Part shown: in pieces, positions 1 to 12,500 of the stretch | How positions within the stretch are numbered: position 1 is the first letter of the stretch | How the letters are laid out: every line of letters begins with the position of its first letter | Assembly (NCBI GenBank): GCA_951804945.1 | Contig: OX638154.1 | Location: forward strand, 21,142,001-21,206,000 | DNA from: Podarcis cretensis | Lineage: Eukaryota | Direction of reading: 5' to 3' | DNA: 64,000 nt | Notes under the pieces: model-generated | Database searches by the model: none | What the model was told of the DNA's origin: nothing | The model's input: only the letters and a program-made list of their open reading frames with translations | Translations under genes and position numbers: made by a program

Positions 1-229
1 AGCCCACCCGCGCCCCCCACCCCGGCCGCCGCCGGAGGGGCCCCAGCCTCGTCTCCCGCGCCCCGTCCACAGGCCCAAGCCCAAGCCGAGGCCCGGCCGA
101 GGCCTCTCCCCTCCCACATATCCCAGCGCCGCGGTAGGAGTGGCGGGCGGCGGGCGGCTGGGAGGGACGCCCGCCTTGCCTGCCCGGCTGCCCGGCTGCC
201 CACCCGCCCGCTGCTTCTCCGCCCCTCAC

Positions 230-470
230 CTGGCGGTTGTTTTGGGCTGCGGCTCCCGGGCCGGCTCGTCTTGGCGGGCGGGCCGTGGGGCGGCTCAGTC
301 CATGGGCAGCTGGCAGGCCGAAGAGGGGGGGGTCCGGGGAAAGGGGGGGGAAGGCGAGCGAGTCGCGGCGGCGGCAGACACAGGGCAAACACTAAAGAGA
401 ATGAGCGGGGCCAGCTCCGGCCGGGAAGGAAGTGACGGCACCACGCGACGGCGTGGGGGGGGAGGAGGAG
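230..470 (-). other. STAU1: First non-coding exon of a minus-strand gene, probably Staufen 1
   Basis: Donor CAG|GTGAGG at 230/229; TATA ~30 nt upstream of ~470. The sequence (acttcc...ctctttagtgtttgc...gacgagcc...gcagccc...ccag) resembles my recollection of the human STAU1 leader, and STAU1 neighbours CSE1L in amniotes. No coding sequence in the window, so identity is inferred. Confidence 0.55.
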
Positions 471-563
471 GAGCCAACCAGGCCTCTCGCAGCTATTTAT
501 AGCACCGCCCAGCGCGGAGCGCGTCGCCAATCCGGGCACGGGCCGGCTTCTCCGGCCGGCGGG

Positions 564-681
564 ACTACTCCTCCCGGCATGCCCCGCGGCTGTCACTTAG
601 GCGGCCCGTCCGAGTCTGCAGCTCGCTCTCGCTTTCCCTCCCCCCTTTGCGAAGGAGGCGAGACTACATTTCCCAGCATGC
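564..681 (+). promoter_or_regulatory. Two ZNF143/Staf (SBS)-type motifs
   Basis: ACTACTCCTCCCGGCATGC (564-582) and ACTACATTTCCCAGCATGC (663-681) match the ACTACAnnTCCCAGnATGC consensus. Confidence 0.8.
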
Positions 682-1268
682 TGCGCTCGCAGGGGAAGTG
701 ACATCTCTGCCGCCACGTGCTTTCCAACCAGAAACCCCGGGACTCCCGGCTGCAGCCGCGCCGGAGGATGCGGGGAGGGAGGTAGTGGGGCTTCGCGCAG
801 CGGGGAATGCGGGGCGTGTGAGCCGGGAGGAAACAATTCCTGTCGGGTCCCCAAGGTTGGCCCTCGCGGGAGGTCCCAGGTGGACATGCTTGTTTTCCTT
901 TCTCAGCTGAGAAGACCAGTGAAGGGCAACGAGAATTGCACCCTGTGTTCCGTTCCTTTTAAAGATAGCGGGTGCAACGAGCTGAATGAACTGTTTTCGG
1001 AGTCTCGAGTAGATTTAGGGCGGGGAAGGAAACAGAAGGGACGGTCCAGCATTGTATAATATTGGTATCTGTTATTTCGCGGTTAAGTTTTGGACGAATG
1101 AAGAACCTGGATGGCAGGATTCCTTAATAAACAACCATTATTTGAGATAGGAATTATTTCTCTGGAATCCCAGTTTTGCTCTAAGTAGCACCCACGTCCT
1201 CCTTTTATTGGATTCTAAGGCACCAACCAACAGGTCCGCAGATACGTATTGTGCTTCTTTGCATAAAG

Positions 1269-1410
1269 CAGGCGTGGGGACCCGGTGCCCCCCCTCTCCA
1301 GACGTTGTTGACCCATAACTCCTTTCATCCCTGAGCTTTGGCCACGCTGGCTGGGGCTGATGGGAGTTGGAGTCCAAGAATACCTAGAGGGGCGCCGCTT
1401 TACCATCTCA
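1269..1410. mobile_element. Degenerate hairpin hAT-type MITE copy
   Basis: ctccagacgttgttga...aactcc...tgatgggagttggagtccaa...gagggg resembles the 136-bp hairpin family at 40241 and 62608. Confidence 0.55.
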
Positions 1411-1549
1411 GGCTTAAAGGTTGCTTCATTCCGCGTACTCTTTCTGAATCATAAAAGTGACTACATTGCAGCGCCGTAAAATCCTCTCCTTTTTGAAACT
1501 GTGGCCTGAATCATCAGATTTGACCTCCAGATCAGTAAGAGATCACTTT

Positions 1550-2000
1550 CGCTCTGGGAACGCAAGATTCCGGGCGGGGGGCAGATACTAGTTTCAACAG
1601 TTTTCTAATTAAGCTAGATCAAAAGCTCTCGCACCACTCCTTCAAGCAATATAGGGTTTGCAATTGCAGCCTTATCTATGGAACGGACTGGAAGATTACA
1701 ACATGTGTTTTCTGACTCCTAGGGGTTTGTAGTGCCTCCTTTCCGTCAAGCTCCGACTAAAACTTGAGAAAGTAACTGTGGGTGCTGGGTATCGTAGTCT
1801 TTTACGAAGTAGTACTGGAAGCCGCTGAGCCAAGCATGCTGCTCTATTTAAAGCAAGTCCGCCCCCCAAGGAGCTTCCGCAAAGTGCTTATGTGGCAAAC
1901 GAGTGGGCGAGAGCTTACAGGCTGCGCGCTGCCGCATGTCCTAATAGTGTTAGCTGAGAACATGATTGACGGTAGAGACTGCCGCAAAACCTGCCCCACG
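1550..2000. promoter_or_regulatory. Second, weaker CpG-containing promoter-like region
   Basis: GC boxes (~1571-1580, ~1858-1866), minus-strand SBS-like motifs (1778-1798, 1721-1733), CTTCCG ETS cores, TATA-like CTATTTAAAG at ~1843. Confidence 0.45.
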
Positions 2001-2232
2001 CATTCTAGCTGTGTTATTTCAGACATTCCTTTAAGCAGAACGGACTTTTTAGCACTGTACAGGAGTGGGCGAACTTCAGGCTTGTCAAATCGACTTTGCT
2101 GCTTTTCTCCCGGAACCCCGACCAGTCAAAACCAGGCACAAAAGACACACATTGGAATTAAAGAAGAGCCTCTGAGCCTAGCCTAGGGATTTGTTTTTAG
2201 TACCAGAACCAACCTGAATTCAAAAGTCCTTA

Positions 2233-2252
2233 CACACACACACACACACACA
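2233..2252. repeat. (CA)n microsatellite
   Basis: acacacac... run. Confidence 0.95.
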
Positions 2253-2309
2253 CTCCATTCTTTCTTAGCTTTCATTTCAGCAACGTAACCTTATATAATT
2301 ACTCATGTC

Positions 2310-2600
2310 CTTAACATTTGGTGGGAAGGGCATTCCACAGGGCGGGCACCACTACCAAGAAGGCCCTCTGCCTGGTTCCCTGTAGCTTCACTTCTCGCAG
2401 TGTGGGAACCTCCAGAAGGCCCTCTGGGCTGAATGATGGGGATGTAGATGTTCCTTCAGGTATACGGGCCGAGGCCATTTAGGGCTTTAAAGGTCAGCAC
2501 CAACACTTTGAATTGTGCTCGGAAACATACTGGGGTGCCAATGTAGGTCTTTCAGGACCAATGTTATATGGTCTTGGCAGCTGCTTCCAGTCACTAGTCT
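2310..2600 (-). mobile_element. L2 LINE ORF2 C-terminal fragment (degenerate)
   Basis: Minus strand reads LVTG...DHITLVLKDLHW..., then after a frameshift AQFKVLVLTFKALNGLGP, typical of the L2 ORF2 C-terminus. Confidence 0.8.
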
Positions 2601-3382
2601 AGAACACCCTGCTCACAGTCTAAAATACGACTGAATGGAGACATTTTCCTACCTAAGGTGGGGTAGCAAATGGCGCCCCCCTCCAGTCTAAAAAAAGTCA
2701 CAATATTGGCTTTAAAGGAAAATTTCATATCAGTAAGTATAGCAAACATCAATACTACTTTTGCGCCTGTCTTCTTTTCCCATAGGACTAAAGATTTGGC
2801 TGCCCCAAAGCCCAAAATATTGAGGTAGAGTCAGAGAATTATATAGTATAAGGTATATATACCATGGACCACCAACATTGTTCATTTAAGGTCTTCTCCT
2901 AGCATCCATTAAGCCTCTGACCCCCTGACTGCACTTCCTGCTCTCTTGGTCATGAGGCTGGTTACCTTTTCCTTCCCTTGAATAGAGATGGAGGAGGAAG
3001 TTCAAAGAGACACTTTTTCTGATTTCCTTTTTCAGTTCTATCTACTTTTCCAGGCTGATTAACTATACTGGATCTGACTTGGGAAAGCAAAAAATGTGCA
3101 TCCAGTCTTTCAATGGGATGGACTAATCCTCAAAAGGGGGGAAAGAGATGTTCAGAGTGGGGACAGGACCCAAAACTACCCCCCCCCAAAAAAAAACCTA
3201 AAAAAGTTGGTGACTAATTATATCCTATGAATAGGCACACTGTGTTCTTCCTTCTTTTTGGGGCAGGGCGTTCATTCATCCATGAATAAATTACATGTAC
3301 AACCTGATCCTATCTAGGCTCAAATGAAAGAGTTGGGGTTTGGGGCTATTGCTGTTGCCACTATCCTCAACATCTGCTGCCT

Positions 3383-3598
3383 CCCCCCCTTTTTTGAATT
3401 TTTTTTTTAGTTTTTACAGTACAAAATTATATTTAAAAAATCAATTACATATCCATATGATTCCTCCGAATCTCAGGACTTCCCCCCACTCCTTCCCTGG
3501 AGTCCCATTTTAATCATTTAAAACTGCATCTTCTCCAAACTCTATTATTTAAATCCATATTTTCCATGGTAATTGTTATACTACAAGTGAAATCAAAG
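3383..3598 (-). mobile_element. 5'-truncated L1-type retroinsertion (3'UTR fragment)
   Basis: 12-bp direct repeat CATCTGCTGCCT at 3371-3382 and 3599-3610; T-rich (poly-A on minus) left end; internal GGGAAGTC motif. Confidence 0.65.
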
Positions 3599-5142
3599 CA
3601 TCTGCTGCCTTAGGCAGGTGCCTTTGCCTAATGGTAGAGCCAGCCCTGAAAATTAAACAGGGAAGATTTTTTTTAAAAAAATGTTTAATATATTTTGCTT
3701 ATGAAAGATGAGTCTCTGAAATAGAGCTGCAGTTTAATCAGCTGAAGGCTTTCCCCCTTCCTATCACTGTAGAAAAGTTACTTCTTTCTCCACATTTCAA
3801 GGTTGGTACCTGCCATCCTTTGTTCTTGGGCAGCAGAACAGGGACAGATGTTCAAAAGGTATCCCATATGTGCTTGGAGGCATTGCTGCTCTGTATTGAG
3901 GAGTTGGCTTGGCGAGGAAAAAGGACAATCAGCACATGAAGTATTTCCATATAAGCTGCAATTCTGCAGCATTGCTTGGTTGTAAAGTCCCACTGAAATT
4001 AGTAAGCCCTCCTCAGTAGCCTGATCCAGAAACTATTAATTTCATGCTTATGCAAGTTTAATCAACCAGCACTTATTTAATCTAGTGACAGCCTTAATAA
4101 AGCAGCACATGGGCAGAGTTAGCATTACACGCAAGTGTATATTACATATGAAACCTAAAAGGTGAGCTCTCTGCCTCTTACAGCATGATAACTTTGTGGA
4201 CGGTTTTTGCTTAGAACTGAAGCTTAGGGCAAATGATTGGGAAACCCCTGCTCATCATTTTGACTCGATTCTTCGCCCCCATTGCCTGCTTTGGGCTGCT
4301 AGGTTAAATGGTACAACAAAACAAATGACTGACTTCCTATCAGTCTCTCATGTCTGCATCTACCGCCTCCTATCTTGCCCTCCAGAACAAACATTGCCTT
4401 TTCCCTTCTGGTAGAGCAGAGCCCCAGTTCTACTTTCTCCTTGGCTTGCTTTCTTCAGCACCATGGGGTTCCATCCAATGTTATCCCTGAGGTGATGAGT
4501 CAAGGCTTCCATCAGCAGAACAGAGAGGGTAGGCTGAACCCCATTGCCTCTACAGGTAGCATGAAGGAAAAGGTGAGGAATGATGACACCAACCTGGCAC
4601 CATCGAGAGGAGGAGTTAGCTGCAGGGAACTCTCACTTCTCTTCTTGCTGCCTGAAAGAACACTCAGCTCCAGCTGACTGTTACCCCAAGACTGCAAATG
4701 CAAGGAGAAAGAACACTCTGGCCCCATCCATCAGTCAAAGGGACAAAAACCACCACTTGCTTATCAAGCATGATCACTAGCAAGGGAAGATCAGCCTGGC
4801 CTGAACGGGATATAAACACCCTCTTAAACCTCACCACTTTGTTCTGACCTTGAATAACTTGATCTCCTTCCTCGATGTTTTCCCAGTCTGTTGTTTTTTC
4901 AGTTTGTAAGCCTGATGTCAAGGGTTCCTCTCTCCTTATTTACTTACTTACTTACTTATTTGAGCCACTTGGGAACTACAAGTGTTTGAAAATTGTGACT
5001 GAAATACAGTAAATAGATGCTTTTGTGCAAACTTATCCTAAGCTTAAAATAGAATGTTCTTTAGACATTGGACTAATGGTACATGAAAACATATTTAAAG
5101 GCCCATTGCTACTGTCTGTGTTGCATAAGGATTTCTGGAGTT

Positions 5143-5173
<31 letters not shown>

Positions 5174-5176
5174 TGT
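5143..5176. repeat. (CA)n microsatellite followed by GTGTGT
   Basis: Seen directly; uninterrupted purine-pyrimidine alternation. Confidence 0.95.
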
Positions 5177-5798
5177 CATGAGTCCATACTAAAAAAGGAA
5201 ATCAGAATACATTTGACTGTCAACTTGCTTTTTAATTGGCTCATGTCCTATTCTTGCTGCAGAAAATGGTTTGTACTTGGTTCTTAGGTAGTCACACACT
5301 CATGCAGTACTGAGGCCCAGACCTTCAGCAGTAGACCTGCATCATGTGCCTTCAAGACTGTTTTCTGGGCCTAGTGGTTAGAATATTCAAGTTGCATAGT
5401 AATTATTTTTAAGGGAGTTCAAGCTGTATACAACTGTGAAGATCACTCCTATTTATATAGCACTAAATTTGTAAAGGTCATTTCAGTCTTGTTAAACATC
5501 TGAGATAAGAGTAAGAGATAATAAATTGCCTCTTTTTATTTTCTTTATTTCTGAATATCTGTAACCTTAAGCCTCCTAGGTGCTCATACCACATATTAAC
5601 AGCAGTGATTACACAACCCTAGACAAAATTTCAGCAAGATGCAGTTCCTCCAGAATCATTTGTTACCTTTCACTGACCAATATTAAGACTCAGCATTTCA
5701 GTGTTTAAAATATGAAATTGAAGAATACCAGCAAGTCCCAAATGCAGCTGAACACAACTGCTTAACAAGAAGCACCTGCATGGATTAAATCTGAGACA

Positions 5799-6478
5799 TT
5801 TATTTTCCACTATATTTCATAGCAATGCATTTCCTGAAAGATGGGTGGGTGGGATGTTCAAGTATGACTGAGACACTAAAGAGTCAGAATGCTATGAAGG
5901 TGCCTCTCCAAATACAATTTTAATGTTTGTCATGAATAGTGTTAAGGTAAAGCTCAGGTGGAAAAGCAAATTAAGAAGTGCTGGGTATTGCTGGGACTAA
6001 TTGACAGTTTCTTTGCAGACAACTACAATTTATTCTACCATAGTAAGATATATATTGCTAGACAAATACTTTAAACAAGAGCTTATTTATTCACAATTCA
6101 GATAAATCTTTTGAGACACAAAAGAAATACAAATGACAATAAACTGGAAAAAACAAGTGACAACATGAGTTTGCATCCAGTACTCTATACATTTTAAAAT
6201 GGTACCCAAACACTGCAGATGTGGAACTTCAATCAATCCCAAATGATAAACTCCTATTACTATTCCTTTTGAAAGCAAACTGGGAATGGGAAAGTCACTT
6301 GCTTCTTTACCTATGATCACATGAACAAAGTATCATTCAGCTTCTGTATCAAGCAGTAATTCAGTGATGTGTTTTTCGAAGTAGCAACTCGTTTCACCTT
6401 GTCCGAGCTTTGTTTAGAACAGTCAATATCAGCGTTCCTTGATGCAACTTTGAAATTCTCCCATTCAAAATAAAGAGG
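5799..6478 (-). other. CSE1L: CSE1L 3'UTR with candidate poly(A) signals
   Basis: AATAAA on the minus strand at 6086-6091 and 5799-5804, with more near 5535-5550. The site actually used is unknown. Confidence 0.6.
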
Positions 6479-6568
6479 TCAGAGCAATGTTACACTTGCA
6501 GCCTGTAAGTATCCTTGAAGAAATTTCAAAGCTTCTGCATTCAGGCTAGTACTCAGCATCGAGGGAAC
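6479..6568 (-). CDS. CSE1L: CSE1L exon 25 (last coding)
   Basis: [29 protein letters not shown]; TGA at 6479-6481. Confidence 0.96.
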   Translation of the reverse strand, partial: VPSMLSTSLNAEALKFLQGYLQAASVTLL

Positions 6569-9500
6569 CTTTAAACACAAGATAGAGTGGCACTATTAAT
6601 ATGCATCTAAATTACAGTAGTTTAAAATACCAGCATGCAGGCTTGCAGGCAAATGTTTTAACATTTTAGTTTCTCCAAATCCTAAAACGTTAATTGACTT
6701 GTGTGCATCTCAGCGTATACTTTCATATTATAGCTTCGTTTTGCAGTCAGCACTTAAGCTATTGCCTGCATCTACACACTTTGGTACCGTTGCTGCAAAC
6801 ATTGCGCAGAGCTAGCACAGCCTGAATCTGCTTCTAGTCAATAAGGACCAAGGGCACTTGTAAAACTCCCTAGTCCCTCAAACCACGGGGCCGGGGGCAG
6901 TACTATGCTGCCAGGACTTAGGGAGGTTAACTTTGGATGCAAGGAAAGGGAAAAAGATGGAATCATGTATGTGGTTATCCAGTTAGTCCAACCAGCATGA
7001 AGCTAGGTGGAAAGTTATGAACACATCTCTTCACCTTCTACCTGGTGAGTTGGTGCTTGGAGCAATGCCACAACCAAGTAACCATCTAGTTGCTGACTAG
7101 AGTTTGACAAATTAAGCCATATCAGAACCAGATAATCTGAAAGTGAGGCACGCTTTAGAAATCGCTCTTGCAGAAGACTGGCACCCCAGTCCTCAACACA
7201 TCTACAAAATCAGCACAACTGATTTCAACAGAGTGCGATTATGAGCATGTTCATTCAAGACAGCAGTCAAAAAGGGAATCTTCCGATTTTGGCACACTGC
7301 ATTTTCTAGGATAAGAGAACAGACTCAGGAGAAAGAAACGATTCCCCACATTCATATCACCACACACACTAGATTACAGCCACACAATCTTACCCTGCCT
7401 GGACACGCAGTTGATAACTTGTGAAGAGACTGTGCAAGATGGATTTTAGGATTGTTCACAATTTGGCCCACTGGATCGTGTTCTTTTTTCCCAGCAAAGG
7501 CAAGCTGGGAGAATGCAGTTTGGTACCCTGGCGTGTCTTCTATATCAATGAAGTGTTCTTCGTCAGGAAGGGTATCATCTTCAGGCAACTCAAAGAGACC
7601 AATGAGGGCCTGAAGAAGGGGTGTCCTATGGAGAAAACCTTTTATTTAATGGACTTATTCGTTGCTCGCTGCAAAAGAATCTAAGCAACTTACGTAAATT
7701 AAAATCTTAAAGGCGTAGCACAAAAACAATATGTTAAAGGTGAAGGTAAAGGTACCCCTGCCCGTACGGGCCAGTCGTGTCCGACTCTAGGGTTGTGCGC
7801 TCATCTCACTTAAGAGGCCGGGAGCCAGCACTGTCCGGAGACACTTCCGGGTCACGTGGCCAGCGTGACGAAGCTGCTCTGGCGAGCCGGCACCAGCGCA
7901 GCACACGGAAACGCCATTTACCTTCCCGCTATAAAGCGGTCCCTATTTATCTACTTGCACTTGGGGGTGCTTTCGAACTGCTAGGTGGGCAGGAGCTGGG
8001 ACCGAAAGACGGGAGCTCACCCCGCTGCGGGGATTCGAAAACCATTTCAAACCGCCGCAGAAAACAGCCAATTTTCAGCAGCAGAATATTCCTTAGGCAG
8101 AGGAATACCTGGATCTAGTTATCAGAGCCAGAGCAGAAACTGGCAATGGAACGGCACAAGCATTCAGAAAAACTGGAAAAAGCCTGTCCATACTCTGGCT
8201 GTTCTTCTATTTCGGACGGTGTCCAAGGAAAACAATGTACTTGCTCTTGTTTCCATTATGCTCCATACATTTATTTGTTTTCCTTATAATTCATATTTCC
8301 TCTACTGTTCCTGCCAAATTCATTGATATTGTTATAATTTGGCTATTATTGGAGGAATATTGGAAAACTAATAACAACTTATTTGGAACGGTTCCTGCCG
8401 GGAACACTTCTTATTGACAGCTGCACTCCAGCCCACCTTCTGCTCACACAAGCATTCAGGCTCTAGTCAGTCCTGCTCCTGACTTGGCAATGTGGATTTT
8501 TAAATTATTATTTGTCTTAATCTAGAACAGGAGAACTTCTATCTTATTAATACTTTTGCTCCCTGACTGAGGTGCATGGGAAAACCACTTTCAAAAGAGG
8601 AATGTACAACCAAACCTATTGCTTCTCAAGTGCTAGGTGGGGACAGTGAACGGTGGATGCAAAACAAGCAGAGGGCTTAACTGCTGAGGTCTTCTCCACC
8701 GATACTGACCAGAAGCCCATATTAACAACACATAATGCGGTAACATATTCTGGTTGCATATCATTAGTAAACTTCATTACTCTTACCTGTGCTAAATTGC
8801 ATGTGCTTCCTGACCTCACACACATGCACATGCTGCAAGATTTGTATCCTGAAAGCACGGTCCCCTGAATTCTTTTAGACACAGAATGATTGAATTCTCA
8901 CCCCCAAGTTGGAACTCTTATCCTCTTATTCCTAACAGCACGGCATATTTTGGCCAGCACATTTTCAAATCTTTTTTGAAATAGAAATGGAAGCAATGGA
9001 GGGAGGGAGAGGCCAACAGAGAGATTCCTTCCTTTGGCAAAAATCTCTGTTGCAACTGTTTAAGCAAAAACTAGCATGTTCCCTGGGTGAGATAGACATC
9101 TTTTTTTTTAAGAGAGGAATTTCTTCTTCATCCTTAGAAGTTCTACCTTTCAATAATAAACTTTATCAAAGAAGTAATTGCACTTACCACAGCTTTGTGT
9201 ATTCTGTGTCCATCATAGGAGGGCATTCTGTGAGTATTTTTGTGATACCAACGGCACAGATTTTCTTTTCTACTTGCCCAGATACTTTCTGTATTTCTGG
9301 TATTATGATTTTCTCTAAAACCATTCCAAACATCCTGTTAAGTGCCAAAAGAAACCCATTTAATCTTGCAGTATCCACCTAATGCATTTATTGAGTCAAG
9401 TACAGATATTTAGAGAGGCTAGAGATCCATTGACTCAGAAATCTGAACATAAATCAGACAGACCACTGAGCATTACCAAGGAAATGGTGTGTTACGAGTT

Positions 9501-12500
9501 CCTGGCTTAATCAGTATACCATAAGAAGAGAATTAAGAGGGCTCAACATTTCTGACTGAACAGTGACAGAAAAAAGGGGCCAAATCCAAAAAGTACCAAA
9601 TTATGTTTGCTCCTGAGCCTTCCTTTGCCATCTTGAATTAAAGCTGAAAGTGCAAACAAAGAATCTTTCTTTGCAGCCAAAGTAGTTATGTTGTTGTTGT
9701 TACCATTACTGTTACTATTATCATTAATTAAATTTGTATGCCACCCTATACCCGTAAATCTAAGGACAGTTCACAGCATAAACAACTTTTCAAAAGGGTG
9801 ATTGCTCCTGATTCTTCCTCTACAGTTTGCCACCTTGAATTAAAGCACATAACTGTCAGGCCCTTATTGCAAGATGACACCAACTTAATTATGAAGTCTA
9901 GCCACTTGTGAGGGGATAAATTGGTTTTGCTGCCCTAGGCTTCGCTGGGAGGAAGGGTGGGATATGAATTTAATAAACAAACAAACAAACAAACAAATAA
10001 TACATTTTCATATTCACTTCCAGCTCCGATGCCTTCTTCCTGGGAAACAGAATGATACCTGAAAATACAGCTATCAGTTATCCCTAGTAAAGCCTGGTGC
10101 AGTCAGTGTGGTATAGTGGCTGCAGAGCTGGATTAGACCCCCTGGAATACCAGGGTTCAAATCCCCATTTGGCCATGAGGCTCACTGGGTGGCCTTGGGC
10201 CAATCACCCACTCCCAACCTAACCTACTTCACAGGGTTGTTGTGGGAATAAAATGAGGAGCAGGATAACTGAGATAAAAGGCGGGATAGAAATGTAATAA
10301 TAAGAAATAGATTAAAAAAAAAAAAGATACTAACTTTGGCTGTATACTGTCAAATATTTCTTGAAGTGCTATTGCTCCGTATCTTACACAATACAAGTTG
10401 ATAAAGACTAAGAAACCTATTAAAAGAAGGAGAATGAATGGATCAGTAGCTGTAAAAGAGCACGTATAACAGTATTAATATGTGTCTCTCTCTTCTATAA
10501 AATCATAGTGAATAAGCATCTGTATCTTTCCTGCTATCTGTCGACAAAACTTCTTTGCTGGTTTCACAGGGTCTCTAGGACTCACCTGGCAAAGCTGTTA
10601 TGCAGAGGGACCAACTCCATCACAAATCCCCACCAACCCAGCCCTTATACTAGTTAGGCACCAAGTTCAAGCTTCAATGAATATTCCTCTCTTGGCTTCC
10701 AAATCCTGTTAGTCTGACCAGTATGCCCTTTATTGCCATCTTTGAAATCAAATCAAAAGACACATGATGATTGTTTTAATCCAAAGCATACCAAGCCACT
10801 CAGTGCAGAGTTCTTCCCCAAATCATTCAGCCATAAAACATATAGCTTACTTTTGATAAATTTTGTTGTTTTGGAATTCTGAAGTCTTTGGAATAACAGG
10901 ATGAAAATTTGTTTCCTGTACTGATCAATGGATTCACTAGAAAGACAAAAAGATGTTGAAACCGGTTAATCAATCCAGTAGGCCATTTGAGTGTACTATT
11001 TCTTAACTTTCTTTTGGCATATTTTGAGTACATGCAATAGGAGATCTACAACAATGCAAACTAATAGCAGCAAAATTACTTGAATTTGGTATGTTCATAC
11101 TCACGGGGGCATATGTTCTATAATACTGTTGAGAAGGTAGAATCCTTGATGGTCATTAAGTTTAGAGGCAATAAGTTTCTGGAACACACCCAATAGTCCA
11201 GGCTGTAAATTAAGGAAAACACAAAGTTTTGCATCGGCCTCCACTGCGACAGCAAGCGCTGCAACCTTCCAACAGCTTGACCTCACCTCCAAAGGTGCAC
11301 TCCTCCGTTGTCTCCCGAGACAGACAGATGCCAGCAAATTATTAACAGTAAAATGATTTGGCAGCTACAAAATCTACCCAGAATGGAATTATGATGTAAC
11401 TGACAACCAGAGCAGAACAGTCAATGAGTCTGGGAACTGATTTAACACTGCCTAGTTAAACTTACCCCTAGCAATGGGGTAAAAAACTGAGTTAAGATTA
11501 TTCAGGAATTTCAGATCATAGCTGGGTATTCAGCAGTGCTAGGACAGATTGAATGCACTACTGAAAAGTATTGCATGGCTTGGAAACAACAGGGAAATAC
11601 ATAGCCATTCATTCTCTGTAAGTGACAAATGCCTAGCATCAAGTGCAGATTAAGAATTTAAGTCCTGCAGGATCAGACCTAACTAGTCCCACATTCTGTT
11701 CCCAGATTGGCTGCCCAGATCCCTATGGGAAGCCCATAAGAGGACATGAGCAAACCAGCACTCTCCAACAGACTGGAAGGGCTGCTTTTGGGGGCTGGCA
11801 TCTTTCTGAGAATTCTAAACGGAACCCCAGCCAGTAATCTCTTCAGTCTGCAAAAATCTGAAGAGTCAGTAAATATCCCAAACAGAATGGAAGTGGCTCT
11901 GGGGGCTATAGGGGAGCCCCAGGTGGATCTCATTTCCTTCTCTGAATGAAAGCAGCATTTCCATTTGTGGAGGGGCAAATCTGAATCCATTCCAACATGA
12001 AAAGAAACTTGCTCAAGATAATACATTCAAAATGTGTCGTTTTCTACAATGAAGCATATGCATAGCATCTTTGAATTCTGCCATCTAGGATTGCAGTCTG
12101 GTGCAGACTTTTCCCTTAGCAATAGCCATTAGAGTCTAATAAAGTTTTATAACTTCACAAGCCAACTTGAATTAACAGCTTGGATTTCCAGTGTGAGTAA
12201 AATATAATTCATTCTTTCTGATATCTACTAACAAAGGAGAGGGTCTCCAACCTCTTTTTTATGAAACACCAACACACACACTTTTAGAAATCAAGCAACG
12301 CAATCAGTGTATACATACAATTTTGTCAGCTGCGGCATTTGCTATTGTGCTGGCACCTCTCTCCAAGTAGGCCTGAAGGAGTCTCACCAAAGGGGGGATG
12401 TTTCCTGACCTCTCCCACAAGACTGGCTGAAGCAGATGTGGAAATAAGGCCATATACGACGATGGGATGTCATTTTTATGCATTTCCAGAAGCAGAGACA

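Larger units (their letters stand above)
1..890. promoter_or_regulatory. CpG island / promoter of the minus-strand gene at the left edge (probably STAU1)
   Basis: Very GC/CpG-rich. Contains a minus-strand TATA (CTATAAATAG, 493-502), CCAAT at 527-531, GGAAGTG ETS motifs and SBS motifs. Confidence 0.9.

Noticed and set aside
140-910. Several 60-120 aa ORFs in the left CpG island
   Set aside because: Low-complexity Gly/Pro/Arg translations expected from GC-rich DNA; most lack a true ATG and none shows recognisable homology.
1782-2186. 134-aa plus-strand ORF
   Set aside because: Starts at GTG, has no recognisable domain, and overlaps promoter-like motifs.
4480-4930. Possible decayed solo LTR (TATA-like GATATAAA at ~4809)
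   Set aside because: Only a vague resemblance; I could not define TG...CA ends or a TSD.
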